Made by a program: the position numbers and the translations under genes. A model generated the notes under the pieces. It had not been told where the DNA came from. It saw only the letters and a list, made by a program, of their open reading frames with translations, and searched no databases. A DNA stretch of 64,000 nt from Azonexus sp. (lineage in GTDB: Bacteria > Pseudomonadota > Gammaproteobacteria > Burkholderiales > Rhodocyclaceae): NCBI GenBank assembly GCA_030691385.1, contig JAUYEI010000014.1, forward strand, positions 8,908 to 72,907, in the 5' to 3' direction. Each line of letters begins with the position of its first letter. Within the stretch, counting starts at the first letter, position 1. Below, in pieces: positions 8,441 to 17,798 of the stretch.

Positions 8441-9235
8441 ATGGCAAGTAATAACTGCATTCGGAATGGCCGGTGGTGCGTTGCGCTGACGTGTGGCATT
8501 TTTCTCTTGCTCCAGTCGCTGACTGTTGCAGCGCAAGGATCAACTGTTGCGCCGACCGATGATGCGATTGCCCGCAGTATAGTTGAAAAGGCAGACAAGG
8601 TTCGCTTTCCGGCCGAAGGCTTTCAGGTTGACATTGTAATAAATTCCCTGCGGCCGGACAAAGAGGCCGATACCCGAAAATACCGTGTTCTTTCAAAGGG
8701 AAATGAAAACACGGTCGTCATGGTTACCGAACCGGCAGCGGAGCGTGGTCAGATCATTCTCATGAAAGGGCGCGATCTGTGGGTCTTCATGCCGGAGGTA
8801 TCTCAGCCGGTCCGGATTTCGCTGGCGCAGCGCCTGACGGGGCAGGTGGCCAACGGCGATCTGGCGCGTGCCAATTTCGCCGGTGACTACAATCCGAAAA
8901 TCATCGGTACCGAAAAAATCGGCAACGATATTTTTCAAATTCTTGAATTAATTGCCGTTGACCGTAGCGTTACCTATCAGCGCGTCGTTTATTGGGTCAA
9001 TGAAAAGTCCGGCTGGCCTTTGAAGGCCGAGTTCTACTCGCTGTCCAACCGCCTCATGAAGAAATGCAGCTACGAGAATTTCCAGACGTTGGCCGGACGG
9101 GTTCGACCAACCCGGCTGGTCATGGAGGATGCACTGCGCAATGGGGAAAAATCCGTTCTGGATTACTCGGATATGAAATTACGCGATTTGCCGGACAAGG
9201 TCTTTACCAAGGAATACCTGAAGAAGCTGGACTGA
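8441..9235 (+). CDS. Outer-membrane lipoprotein-sorting (LolA-like) periplasmic protein
   Basis: Signal peptide, then G..ILMKGRDLWVFMP...PVRISLAQRLTGQVANGDL motif typical of LolA-like sorting proteins. ATG 8441 with GGGAG RBS. Confidence 0.75.
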   Translation: MASNNCIRNGRWCVALTCGIFLLLQSLTVAAQGSTVAPTDDAIARSIVEKADKVRFPAEGFQVDIVINSLRPDKEADTRKYRVLSKGNENTVVMVTEPAAERGQIILMKGRDLWVFMPEVSQPVRISLAQRLTGQVANGDLARANFAGDYNPKIIGTEKIGNDIFQILELIAVDRSVTYQRVVYWVNEKSGWPLKAEFYSLSNRLMKKCSYENFQTLAGRVRPTRLVMEDALRNGEKSVLDYSDMKLRDLPDKVFTKEYLKKLD

Positions 9236-9239
9236 GCGA

Positions 9240-9611
9240 TTAGTCGAAGATCAGTGCTGCAGCCACCTTCCTGCCTTCGGCGGCAAGGATGTTGTAGGTC
9301 CGGCAGGCGGCTTTCAGGTCCATGATTTCCAGCCCGATGCCGGCCGGGGCGAAGGGGCGGAGCAGGGCGCCGGGTGGGAAGCGCAGGCTTTTTCCGGTGC
9401 CGAGCAGGACGATTTCGGTACCTAAACCCAGCAGAATTTGCATGTCTGCTTCGCTCAAAGTGTTGACGGTCGCAGTGGTCCAGGCAGGAATGATCGACTC
9501 GGGTAGCAGAATCAGGTTTTTCTCGTGTTTTTCGTGGTTGACCACAGCATAGTCGTCGCCATAGGCGGTGAATAAATTAAGTCCTGCGGTATTCGAGATG
9601 TGTAGTTTCAC
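9240..9611 (-). CDS. Mth938-like (DUF498) protein
   Basis: VLLGTGKSLRFP and LEIMDLKAACRTYNILAAEGRKVAAAL motifs. Real start GTG 9611; the track ORF is extended through antisense alaA. Confidence 0.88.
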   Translation of the reverse strand: MKLHISNTAGLNLFTAYGDDYAVVNHEKHEKNLILLPESIIPAWTTATVNTLSEADMQILLGLGTEIVLLGTGKSLRFPPGALLRPFAPAGIGLEIMDLKAACRTYNILAAEGRKVAAALIFD

Positions 9612-9719
9612 TGCGCGATCATTCCGAAAAGCCCGCCAAAATTGCGGTGCACCATACGATAAAGTAGGATTATACCTTTGGCCCTCACGGGCCATACGCC
9701 GCCAAGCCGGAAGATTCCA

Positions 9720-10949
9720 ATGAAACACGTCAAGAAATCCACCAAACTCGCCAACGTCTGTTACGACATTCGCGGCCCTGTGCTGCAAAAAGCCAAGCAG
9801 ATGGAGGAGGAGGGCCACAAGATCATCAAGCTGAACATCGGCAATCTGGCCGCGTTCGGTTTTGATTCGCCCGAGGAAATCCAGCAGGACATGATCCGCA
9901 ACCTGCCCAATGCGGCCGGCTATACGGACTCCAAGGGTATCTTCGCGGCGCGCAAGGCGATCATGCACTACACCCAGCAAAAAGGTATCAAGGGTGTGAC
10001 GCTGGAAGATATCTACGTCGGCAACGGTGTGTCCGAGTTGATCGTCATGGCCATGAACGCCTTGCTTGATGCGGGCGATGAGGTGCTCGTCCCGGCGCCG
10101 GATTACCCGCTGTGGACGGCCGCGATCAGCCTGTCCGGCGGGACGCCCAAGCACTACCTGTGCAATGAGGAAAAGGGCTGGTTGCCGGATCTCGACGATA
10201 TCCGCAGCAAGATCAATGCACACACCAAGGCGATCGTGCTGATCAACCCGAACAATCCGACCGGCGCCCTGTATCCGGATGACCTGCTGTGCGAGATCAT
10301 CGACATCGCCCGTCAGCATCACCTGACCATTTATGCCGACGAGGTATACGACAAGGTGTTGTATGACGCCGCCAAGCACACGTCGATTGCCTCGCTGGCC
10401 GAGGATGTGCTGATGATCACCTTCAATGGTCTGTCGAAGAATTACCGCTCCTGTGGTTATCGCGCCGGCTGGATGATCGTTTCCGGCGACAAGCGACATG
10501 CCAAGGACTACATCGAGGGCCTCGACATGCTGGCCTCGATGCGTCTATGCGCCAATGCACCGGGACAGCATGGCATCCAGACAGCCCTGGGCGGTTACCA
10601 GAGTATCGACGACCTGATCAAGGAAGGCGGCCGCCTGCGTCGCCAGCGCGATATCGCACATGAATTGATCACGGCCATTCCTGGCGTTAGCTGCGTGAAA
10701 CCGAAGGCGGCGCTCTACATGTTCCCCAAGCTGGATCCCAAGGTCTATCCCATCAAGAACGACCAGCAGTTCATTTCCGAATTGCTGCAGGAGGAAAAGG
10801 TCCTGCTCGTTCAAGGGACGGGCTTCAACTGGCCGCACCCGGATCACTTCCGCCTGGTATTTCTGCCGCACGAGGATGATCTGCGGGAGGCCATCGGTCG
10901 CATCGCCCGTTTCCTCGAAAATTACCGTAAACGCCACGGTACGAACTAG
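9720..10949 (+). CDS. alaA: PLP-dependent aminotransferase AlaA
   Basis: YDIRGPVL...KLNIGN, INPNNPTG, FNGLSKNYRSCGYRAGW (PLP Lys). Usual position upstream of hom. Confidence 0.9.
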   Translation: MKHVKKSTKLANVCYDIRGPVLQKAKQMEEEGHKIIKLNIGNLAAFGFDSPEEIQQDMIRNLPNAAGYTDSKGIFAARKAIMHYTQQKGIKGVTLEDIYVGNGVSELIVMAMNALLDAGDEVLVPAPDYPLWTAAISLSGGTPKHYLCNEEKGWLPDLDDIRSKINAHTKAIVLINPNNPTGALYPDDLLCEIIDIARQHHLTIYADEVYDKVLYDAAKHTSIASLAEDVLMITFNGLSKNYRSCGYRAGWMIVSGDKRHAKDYIEGLDMLASMRLCANAPGQHGIQTALGGYQSIDDLIKEGGRLRRQRDIAHELITAIPGVSCVKPKAALYMFPKLDPKVYPIKNDQQFISELLQEEKVLLVQGTGFNWPHPDHFRLVFLPHEDDLREAIGRIARFLENYRKRHGTN

Positions 10950-11044
10950 CTGTTAGATGTTAGGGGCTTGAGCTGTTGGTAAAGGCTCAACCCCCTGGCT
11001 TCTTTCTTACTCGATCCTAATAACTAACTCCTCGATCCTCAAAA

Positions 11045-12355
11045 ATGAAACCTATCAATGTTGGCCTTATCGGCATCGGCACCGTCGGCGGTGGCACCTG
11101 GACTGTTCTCAAACGCAACGCAGACGAAATTGCTCGTCGCGCCGGCCGGCCGATTCGCATTACGGCCGTGGCCGACAAGAATGTCGAGCTGGCCAAACAA
11201 GTTACCGGCGGTGAAGCACGGGTGACTGACGATGCTTTTTCGCTGGTCAATGATCCCGAGATCGACATCATTGTCGAACTGATCGGCGGCTACGGCGTGG
11301 CCAAGGATGTCGTTCTCCAATCCATCGCCAATGGCAAGCATGTCGTGACAGCCAACAAGGCCTTGCTCGCCGTGCACGGCACGGAGATTTTCAGTGCTGC
11401 TCAGGCAAACGGCGTCATGGTTGCGTTCGAGGCGGCCGTTGCCGGTGGCATCCCGGTTATCAAGGCGCTGCGCGAGGGCCTCAGTGCCAACCGCATCGAA
11501 TGGGCGGCCGGCATCATCAACGGCACGACCAATTTCATCCTCTCCGAAATGCGTGACAAGGGCCTGTCCTTTGACGACGTGCTCAAGGAAGCCCAGCGTC
11601 TCGGTTATGCCGAAGCCGACCCGACTTTCGATATCGAAGGTGTCGATGCCGCTCACAAGGCCACGCTGATTGCCTCAATCGCCTTCGGCATCCCGGTGCA
11701 GTTCGATAAGGCCTATGTTGAAGGCATAACCAAGCTCGAAGCCTCAGACATCAAATACGCCGAGCAACTCGGCTACCGCATCAAATTGCTCGGCATTGCC
11801 AAGCGTCGCGAAAATGGTATCGAGCTGCGCGTCCATCCGACCTTGATTCCGGCCAAGCGCCTGATTGCCAATGTCGAAGGCGCCATGAATGCCGTGCTCG
11901 TCAAGGGCGATGCCGTGGGCGCGACGATGTACTACGGCAAGGGTGCTGGCGCCGAGCCAACCGCTTCGGCCGTCATCGCTGATCTGGTCGACGTCACACG
12001 CCTGGCGACAGCCGATGCCGCTCACCGCGTGCCGCACCTGGCTTTCCAGCCGGATGCCATGTCCAACCTGCCGATCCTGCCGATGAGCGAGATCGAGACC
12101 GGTTATTACCTGCGTCTGCGCGTTGAAGACAAGCCGGGTGTGCTGGCCGATGTCACGCGCATCCTGGCCGACCAGGCCATCTCCATCGATGCCATGCTGC
12201 AGCGCGAACCGGAAGAGGGTGAAGGCGAAACCGACATCATCATCCTGACCCACGTCTGCAAGGAAAGCGCTGCCGACACCGCGATTGCCAGGATCGAAGC
12301 GCTGTCTGCCCAGAAGGGCAAGGTCAAGCGCATTCGTCTCGAGGAATTGCAGTAA
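11045..12355 (+). CDS. hom: Homoserine dehydrogenase with C-terminal ACT domain
   Basis: GLIGIGTVGGG, VTANKALLA, FEAAVAGGIP, GYAEADPTFD, DKPGVLA (ACT). Confidence 0.95.
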   Translation: MKPINVGLIGIGTVGGGTWTVLKRNADEIARRAGRPIRITAVADKNVELAKQVTGGEARVTDDAFSLVNDPEIDIIVELIGGYGVAKDVVLQSIANGKHVVTANKALLAVHGTEIFSAAQANGVMVAFEAAVAGGIPVIKALREGLSANRIEWAAGIINGTTNFILSEMRDKGLSFDDVLKEAQRLGYAEADPTFDIEGVDAAHKATLIASIAFGIPVQFDKAYVEGITKLEASDIKYAEQLGYRIKLLGIAKRRENGIELRVHPTLIPAKRLIANVEGAMNAVLVKGDAVGATMYYGKGAGAEPTASAVIADLVDVTRLATADAAHRVPHLAFQPDAMSNLPILPMSEIETGYYLRLRVEDKPGVLADVTRILADQAISIDAMLQREPEEGEGETDIIILTHVCKESAADTAIARIEALSAQKGKVKRIRLEELQ

Positions 12356-12372
12356 GCCGGACTAGGCATGCA

Positions 12373-12409
12373 AACCAGAAACGGGAGTTTCAAGCTCCCG
12401 TTTCTGGTT
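12373..12409. terminator. Bidirectional terminator hairpin between hom and the TIGR03790-like gene
   Basis: Perfect 15-bp stem AACCAGAAACGGGAG / CTCCCGTTTCTGGTT, overlapping the stop of the minus-strand gene. Confidence 0.8.
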
Positions 12410-13649
12410 AACGCACCAGGCGAAGATAGGCCTTGGCGCTTGGGGGAACTGTGATGCGCACAGAGTTTCTCCCGGCCACGACAGGTAGACCGCGGGTGGT
12501 CGGCTGAAACGGCCCCATGACCGAATCCGCTTGTTCGACCCGCCAGACGGCTTTTTTTGGCGAGATCAGCTTGAATCGAAAAATTTCATCGCCGGCTTTC
12601 GTCAGTGTCGGTGCAAACGGGCGGGCCAGCGGCTCGCCAATGAAAAGGCCCTCACCGGGCCAGGCCACGCTTTTCCAGTAGGCCTCGATGGCCGTTGCGC
12701 CTGACAGATAGTGAAACATGGCCACGGCAGGCATCGGAAACTTCTGCAGGTGATTGCAGGGTTCGGTGACCGTGCCGTAACTTGCCGTTGCACCAGCCTC
12801 CAGCCAGCGCAGGCTGCTCATTTGCTTCGAGTCGGTCAGTTGGCCGCCGAATGAGGTCAGGTGGTCGGCTAGCGCACCCGGCATGAATTTGAGCGTACCA
12901 AGATTCGGTACCTGAGCCAGCCCGGTGAAATAAAACAACACATCCTGGCGCCCCGTGATCGAGTCTGCCTCGATTTCTTCGATGGGGAACATGGCGCCGA
13001 CTACGCTTTTGGTCATGCCGAATAGCTTGGCTCGGACGCTGCGCGTCTTGTCGGACGTATTGAGCAAATATCCGGTGCCATCGGGGAAGCTCTGATCCGC
13101 CTCGACGCCGCGATCAATCAGCGCCTTGACGTCGGCGAAATTCTGGCCGGCCAGCATCATGGCCGGGCGAATCTGGAAATCGTTGAAGGGGTAGGTGCTG
13201 GCCGTGTCGAAATATCGGCTGACGCTACTTGGGCCGCATTTCGTCGAGCAATATTTTTCGTCGTATCCGAAGGCCAGGGCCGAGGTCATCGACATGCAGC
13301 CAACCTGATAGGGCTGAGTCCAGGCTGCCGCATAGGCTTGAATGTGCCTCGGGGTGAGGCGGTCGATTTCGGCCTTGAGTGGCTCGAATTCCTGTGGGCT
13401 CAGTGTTGTTTTTCCGGCGGGAAAGCGCAGACGAATGAGGTTTTGTTCAGGTAGCTGGCGCATCCGCTGGTAATAGGTACCGGTCTCGCGGGAGAGTGGG
13501 TCATCGTCATTGATCAGCAGCGCCAACTCATCGGCAGAAATGCCGGTTCTCGGCAACTGGATATTGGGGCCTGCGACGGCATGCATCGCCCCGAGCGGGA
13601 TGCTCAAGGACAGAATGCGCAGGAAGACGGGTAGATGCTTGGCGGGCAT
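12408..13649 (-). CDS. TIGR03790-family protein (exosortase-associated, secreted)
   Basis: Signal peptide. Motifs SMTSALAFG, ALIDRGVEAD, GALADHLTSFGG, AGATASYGTVTEP, AEAYWKSV-like and FIGEPLARPF match the family as recalled. Confidence 0.75.
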   Translation of the reverse strand: MPAKHLPVFLRILSLSIPLGAMHAVAGPNIQLPRTGISADELALLINDDDPLSRETGTYYQRMRQLPEQNLIRLRFPAGKTTLSPQEFEPLKAEIDRLTPRHIQAYAAAWTQPYQVGCMSMTSALAFGYDEKYCSTKCGPSSVSRYFDTASTYPFNDFQIRPAMMLAGQNFADVKALIDRGVEADQSFPDGTGYLLNTSDKTRSVRAKLFGMTKSVVGAMFPIEEIEADSITGRQDVLFYFTGLAQVPNLGTLKFMPGALADHLTSFGGQLTDSKQMSSLRWLEAGATASYGTVTEPCNHLQKFPMPAVAMFHYLSGATAIEAYWKSVAWPGEGLFIGEPLARPFAPTLTKAGDEIFRFKLISPKKAVWRVEQADSVMGPFQPTTRGLPVVAGRNSVRITVPPSAKAYLRLVR

Positions 13650-13732
13650 GGCGATTCGCTTGTTCAACAGTAAGCTGATTGTCGCGCATAATCACGGTCT
13701 TGAAATCCATTGATCATCGTTCTTCCCGGATC

Positions 13733-14806
13733 ATGTCGTCTCTCAACGATCAGCTTTGCCTGCGCCTGCCTCAATTGCGGATAACGCCGCTGTTAATAGC
13801 TGCCAACGTCCTGGTCTTCGGCGCGATGCTGCTCAGCGGTGCTGGCTTGTGGCATTCGCAGAACGGTGTCCAGTTGGCCTGGGGCGCCAATTTCGGTCCG
13901 GCGACTCAGGATGGCGAGTGGTGGCGGCTGGGCAGCGCGATGTTCCTGCATTTTGGCCTGCTTCACCTTGCTTTGAATATGTGGGCGCTGTGGGATGGTG
14001 GCCAATGGGTCGAACGCATGTATGGTCACTTCCGGTTTGCGGTGATCTATTTTGTGGCAGGTCTGGCCGGTAATCTGCTGTCGCTGGTGGTCCATCAGGG
14101 GCATGCCGTGTCAGGCGGGGCTTCGGGGGCCATCTTCGGTCTCTATGGGGCCTTGCTGAGCTATCTCTGGCTGGAGCGTTCACAAATCCAGAGCGGCGAA
14201 TTTCGCTGGCTGTTCTGGGCAGCAGTTGGCTTCTCGGTGGTCAGTATTATTTTTGGATTCATGGTTCCGGGAATTGATAACGCGGCGCATATCGGTGGCT
14301 TGATCGGCGGTCTGCTGATGGGCGTTTTGATCAAGCCAGATACCGGGTCCGTGGTCATGCCACAGCGGACGAAATGGACGGCAGGCCTGGTGTTTGTCGC
14401 TATCGTTGGCGTCATGGTCGCCCACATTCCGCAACAGGCTTACCGCTGGAGCGATGAAAAGCAGGTCCAGCAGGAGATCGGTGAGTTCTTGCAGGAGGAT
14501 GCGGCGATTACCCGGGCCTGGGAGAGCATCATGCGGCAGGGGCAAAGAAAAGGCGCCTCTTTTGAAGAGCTGGCTGATGTGATCGAGTCGGTGGTGGCTG
14601 ATCGCTACGAACACAGCTTCGAAGAGCTTTCCGCATTGCCCCATGACCCCAATTTGCCATCGGCCCTGGCTGCCGAGCGTGTGACGCGATATGCCGAACA
14701 GCGACGCGATGCTTCGCGTGCCATGGTGGAAGGCCTGCGGGCCAGGGATAGGGTGCAGATTCAAAAGGCGCTGGAGCAGGCGCGCCAATCGGGGGCTGGC
14801 AAATGA
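13733..14806 (+). CDS. Rhomboid family intramembrane serine protease with C-terminal helical extension
   Basis: WWRL, HFGLLHL..NM, GASG (catalytic Ser), AHIGG (catalytic His). Confidence 0.92.
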   Translation: MSSLNDQLCLRLPQLRITPLLIAANVLVFGAMLLSGAGLWHSQNGVQLAWGANFGPATQDGEWWRLGSAMFLHFGLLHLALNMWALWDGGQWVERMYGHFRFAVIYFVAGLAGNLLSLVVHQGHAVSGGASGAIFGLYGALLSYLWLERSQIQSGEFRWLFWAAVGFSVVSIIFGFMVPGIDNAAHIGGLIGGLLMGVLIKPDTGSVVMPQRTKWTAGLVFVAIVGVMVAHIPQQAYRWSDEKQVQQEIGEFLQEDAAITRAWESIMRQGQRKGASFEELADVIESVVADRYEHSFEELSALPHDPNLPSALAAERVTRYAEQRRDASRAMVEGLRARDRVQIQKALEQARQSGAGK

Positions 14807-14937
14807 TGGTGGCCGTGATGCCGAGCGGAGGGCCTGATCGGGAAAGGGTTATTCAGATCAGGATCAAGGAAATGGCGGAGGCCGACGGGCAGAATTGCCG
14901 CCTGATGCCATCCCGGCACGCCTTTTCTGGAGCTCAC

Positions 14938-15213
14938 ATGCAAACCATTCACGCCGCCCATTCCTGCGACCGTCCTACCGCCGAAGCCCTCTACCCGTTC
15001 GATGCCCGCGGTATCGCCAAGCGTTTCCGTCACGCCGCCATTTTCGGCGCGCTAGATGCACTGCAGGTCGGCGAAACGATGCGTTTCTGCAACGACCACG
15101 ATCCCTTGCCGTTGCTGGCCCAGTTGCAGGCCCGCTATGGCGCTCACCTCTCCATCGAATACAAGCAGCGTGAACCGGGCGCGATTGTTATCGATTTTTC
15201 CGTTGTTGGCTGA
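14938..15213 (+). CDS. DUF2249 domain protein
   Basis: FDARG...RHAAIFGALDAL..GE.....NDHDPLPLLAQL motif. Confidence 0.85.
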   Translation: MQTIHAAHSCDRPTAEALYPFDARGIAKRFRHAAIFGALDALQVGETMRFCNDHDPLPLLAQLQARYGAHLSIEYKQREPGAIVIDFSVVG

Positions 15214-16338
15214 GTGATACAGACTGCGAGCCTGACCCTGCTTTCACTGGTGTGCAGCGTCGTTCTGGCGCTGAGCGGGTTGGGTTCGCCGTTGGCGGTA
15301 GCGCATCTGGCGTTTGCCGTCGGCATCGTGCCCCTGATTTTTGCGGCGATGATGCATTTTGTGCCAGTGCTGACTCGCACTGGCGAGCCGGACAAGCGCC
15401 TGGCAAAGCTGCCTTCCGCTGTCCAGGCGACCGGCTTGGTGGCCGTCGCTGGGATGCAGGGCTGGCTGCCTTACAACGTGGTTTACCTGGCTGCTGCGGT
15501 CGACCTTGTTTTGGCCGCCATTTTGCTCAACTGGATTGCCCTGCGTGCCCGGGCCACCCTCGGAACACCACACCCCGGCTGGCGCTGGTACGGGGCGGCG
15601 CTCGGCTGCCTGATGCTGGCACTCCTGGCCATCGTGCTGATTCCGGTCTGGCCCTCCTATTGGCAGGCGCTGCGGGTTTTTCACCTGCATCTCAACACGC
15701 TCGGCCTGATCGGCCTGGCTGCCCTGGGTACTTTGCCCGTACTGCTGCCGACGGCTCTGGGCATGGTCGATCCCGAGGCTGGTAGCTGGCTGCGCCGGCG
15801 TTTGTGGCTGGTGGCTTCGGGTGCCCTCATGGTGGCGACCGGCGCCGCCATCGCCTGGCCATTCGCCGCCCCCGGTACGGCGCTCATGCTGGTCGCCGCC
15901 CTGGGCCTGCTCGGGCAATGGGGGCGACGTTTCGGTATCTGGCCGCTGCTTCGCGACGGGGTTGCCGCTTCGCTGCTGGTGGCGGTCATCGGGCTGCTGC
16001 TGACGCTGGTAGCGGGTTTGCTGCACGGCGCCGGCATTGTTTCGACCCGGCCGTCCTTGCTGGCCTGGGTGAGCGGTTTCCTGCTGCCCCTGGTGAGCGG
16101 TGCGCTGAGCCAGTTGCTGCCAGTCTGGCGCTGGCCCGGACCGCAGACGCCGGAGCGAGTGCTCATGCGGCGAAAACTGGCGTCGTCCGGCTCGGTGCGG
16201 GCCGGTTTGTTCCTGTCATCGGCGCTGGCCTTGCTGGCCGGACTGGAGGTGCTGGGTGCGGCCTTGGCCGCATCCGCCCTGGCCCTCTTTGTCATCGCCG
16301 TGCTGCAAGCCGTGCGCGTGTCACGGTCGACGCGGTAA
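15214..16338 (+). CDS. Polytopic membrane protein (about 11-12 TM; NnrS / heme-Cu-associated type), function unknown
   Basis: Hydrophobic throughout, His-containing motifs AHLAF, MHFVPVL, FHLHLNTLG. Starts immediately after the DUF2249 stop. Confidence 0.65.
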   Translation: MIQTASLTLLSLVCSVVLALSGLGSPLAVAHLAFAVGIVPLIFAAMMHFVPVLTRTGEPDKRLAKLPSAVQATGLVAVAGMQGWLPYNVVYLAAAVDLVLAAILLNWIALRARATLGTPHPGWRWYGAALGCLMLALLAIVLIPVWPSYWQALRVFHLHLNTLGLIGLAALGTLPVLLPTALGMVDPEAGSWLRRRLWLVASGALMVATGAAIAWPFAAPGTALMLVAALGLLGQWGRRFGIWPLLRDGVAASLLVAVIGLLLTLVAGLLHGAGIVSTRPSLLAWVSGFLLPLVSGALSQLLPVWRWPGPQTPERVLMRRKLASSGSVRAGLFLSSALALLAGLEVLGAALAASALALFVIAVLQAVRVSRSTR

Positions 16339-16370
16339 AATCACGGTTTTTCGCCTTTCAGGTTTTCGCC

Positions 16371-17798
16371 ATGCGCTACATTTCGACCCGCGGCCACGCC
16401 GCGCCCCAGTCCTTCTGCGACATTCTGCTAGGTGGCTTGGCGCCCGATGGCGGCCTCTACCTGCCGGAAAGCTATCCGCAGATCAGCCGGGCCGAACTCG
16501 ACGCCTGGCGCCAGTTGTCGTACGCCGATCTGGCCTACGAAATCCTCGCCAAATTCATCACCGACATCCCGGCTGCCGACCTCAAGGCGCTGGTCGCCAG
16601 GACCTACACCGCCGAGGTTTATTGCCACACCCGCAACGGTGGCGATGCGGCGCAGATCACGCCGCTGACCAAACTCGAAGACGGCCTCTACACGCAGGAA
16701 CTGTCGAATGGCCCGACGCTGGCCTTCAAGGACATGGCCATGCAGTTGCTCGGCAACCTGTTCGAGTACGTGCTCGACAAGCGCAACGAGTCGATCAACA
16801 TTCTTGGCGCCACCTCCGGCGACACCGGTTCGGCGGCCGAATACGCCATGCGCGGCAAGCACAACGTCAAGGTCTTCATGCTCTCGCCGGACGGCAAGAT
16901 GAGCGCCTTCCAGCGTGCCCAGATGTATTCGCTGCAAGACTCGAACATCTTCAACATCGCCGTCACCGGCCTGTTCGACGATGCGCAGGATATCGTCAAG
17001 GCCGTCTCCAACGACGCCGCCTTCAAGGCCAAGTACAAGATCGGCGCCGTCAATTCGATCAACTGGGCCCGCGTTGCAGCGCAAATCGTCTATTACTTCC
17101 AGGGCTATTTCCTGGCCACGAAATCGAACGACGAGCAGGTCGCCTTCGCCGTGCCCTCGGGCAACTTCGGCAACATCTGCGCCGGCCACATCGCCCACCA
17201 GATGGGCCTGCCGATTGCCCGCCTGGTGCTCGCCACCAACGAGAATGATGTGCTCGACGAGTTTTTCCGCACCGGCGTCTATCGTCCGCGCACCGCAGCC
17301 CAGACCAGCATCACCTCCAGCCCGTCGATGGACATCTCCAAGGCCTCCAACTTCGAACGCTTCGTTTTCGATCTGGTCGGTCGCGACCCGGCGGTGGTCA
17401 GGGAACTGTGGGCCAAGGTCGACAAGGGCCAGGCTTTTGACCTGTCTTCCACGGTCAACTGGAAAAATTTGCCAAAATTCAAATTCGTTTCCGGCAAGAG
17501 CACGCACATCGACCGCATCAACACCATCCGTTTCGCCCAGGGTCGCTACAACGTGATGCTCGACACCCACACGGCCGACGGCCTCAAGGTCGCGCTCGAG
17601 CATCGTTTGCCCAACATCCCGATGATCGTTCTCGAAACCGCCCAGCCGGCCAAGTTCGAGGAAACCATCCGCGAGGCGCTGGGCACCGAGCCGGTCCGCC
17701 CGGCCGATCTGGTCGGTATCGAAAACCTGCCGCAGCGCGTCGTGGTCATGGCGCCGGATGTTGCCGCGATCAAGCAGTTCATCGTCGAGCGCGGGTGA
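16371..17798 (+). CDS. thrC: Threonine synthase
   Basis: MRYISTRG start, GLAPDGGLY, GPTLAFKD (PLP Lys), ATSGDTG, NSINWAR, VPSGNFGN. Confidence 0.95.
   Translation: MRYISTRGHAAPQSFCDILLGGLAPDGGLYLPESYPQISRAELDAWRQLSYADLAYEILAKFITDIPAADLKALVARTYTAEVYCHTRNGGDAAQITPLTKLEDGLYTQELSNGPTLAFKDMAMQLLGNLFEYVLDKRNESINILGATSGDTGSAAEYAMRGKHNVKVFMLSPDGKMSAFQRAQMYSLQDSNIFNIAVTGLFDDAQDIVKAVSNDAAFKAKYKIGAVNSINWARVAAQIVYYFQGYFLATKSNDEQVAFAVPSGNFGNICAGHIAHQMGLPIARLVLATNENDVLDEFFRTGVYRPRTAAQTSITSSPSMDISKASNFERFVFDLVGRDPAVVRELWAKVDKGQAFDLSSTVNWKNLPKFKFVSGKSTHIDRINTIRFAQGRYNVMLDTHTADGLKVALEHRLPNIPMIVLETAQPAKFEETIREALGTEPVRPADLVGIENLPQRVVVMAPDVAAIKQFIVERG

Noticed and set aside
9612-10499. N-terminal extension of the 419-aa minus-strand ORF 9240..10499
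   Set aside because: Antisense shadow of alaA. Only the last 123 codons match the Mth938 family.
15804-16370. 664-aa version of thrC
   Set aside because: Extension overlaps the membrane-protein gene in another frame. ThrC starts at MRYISTRG (16371).
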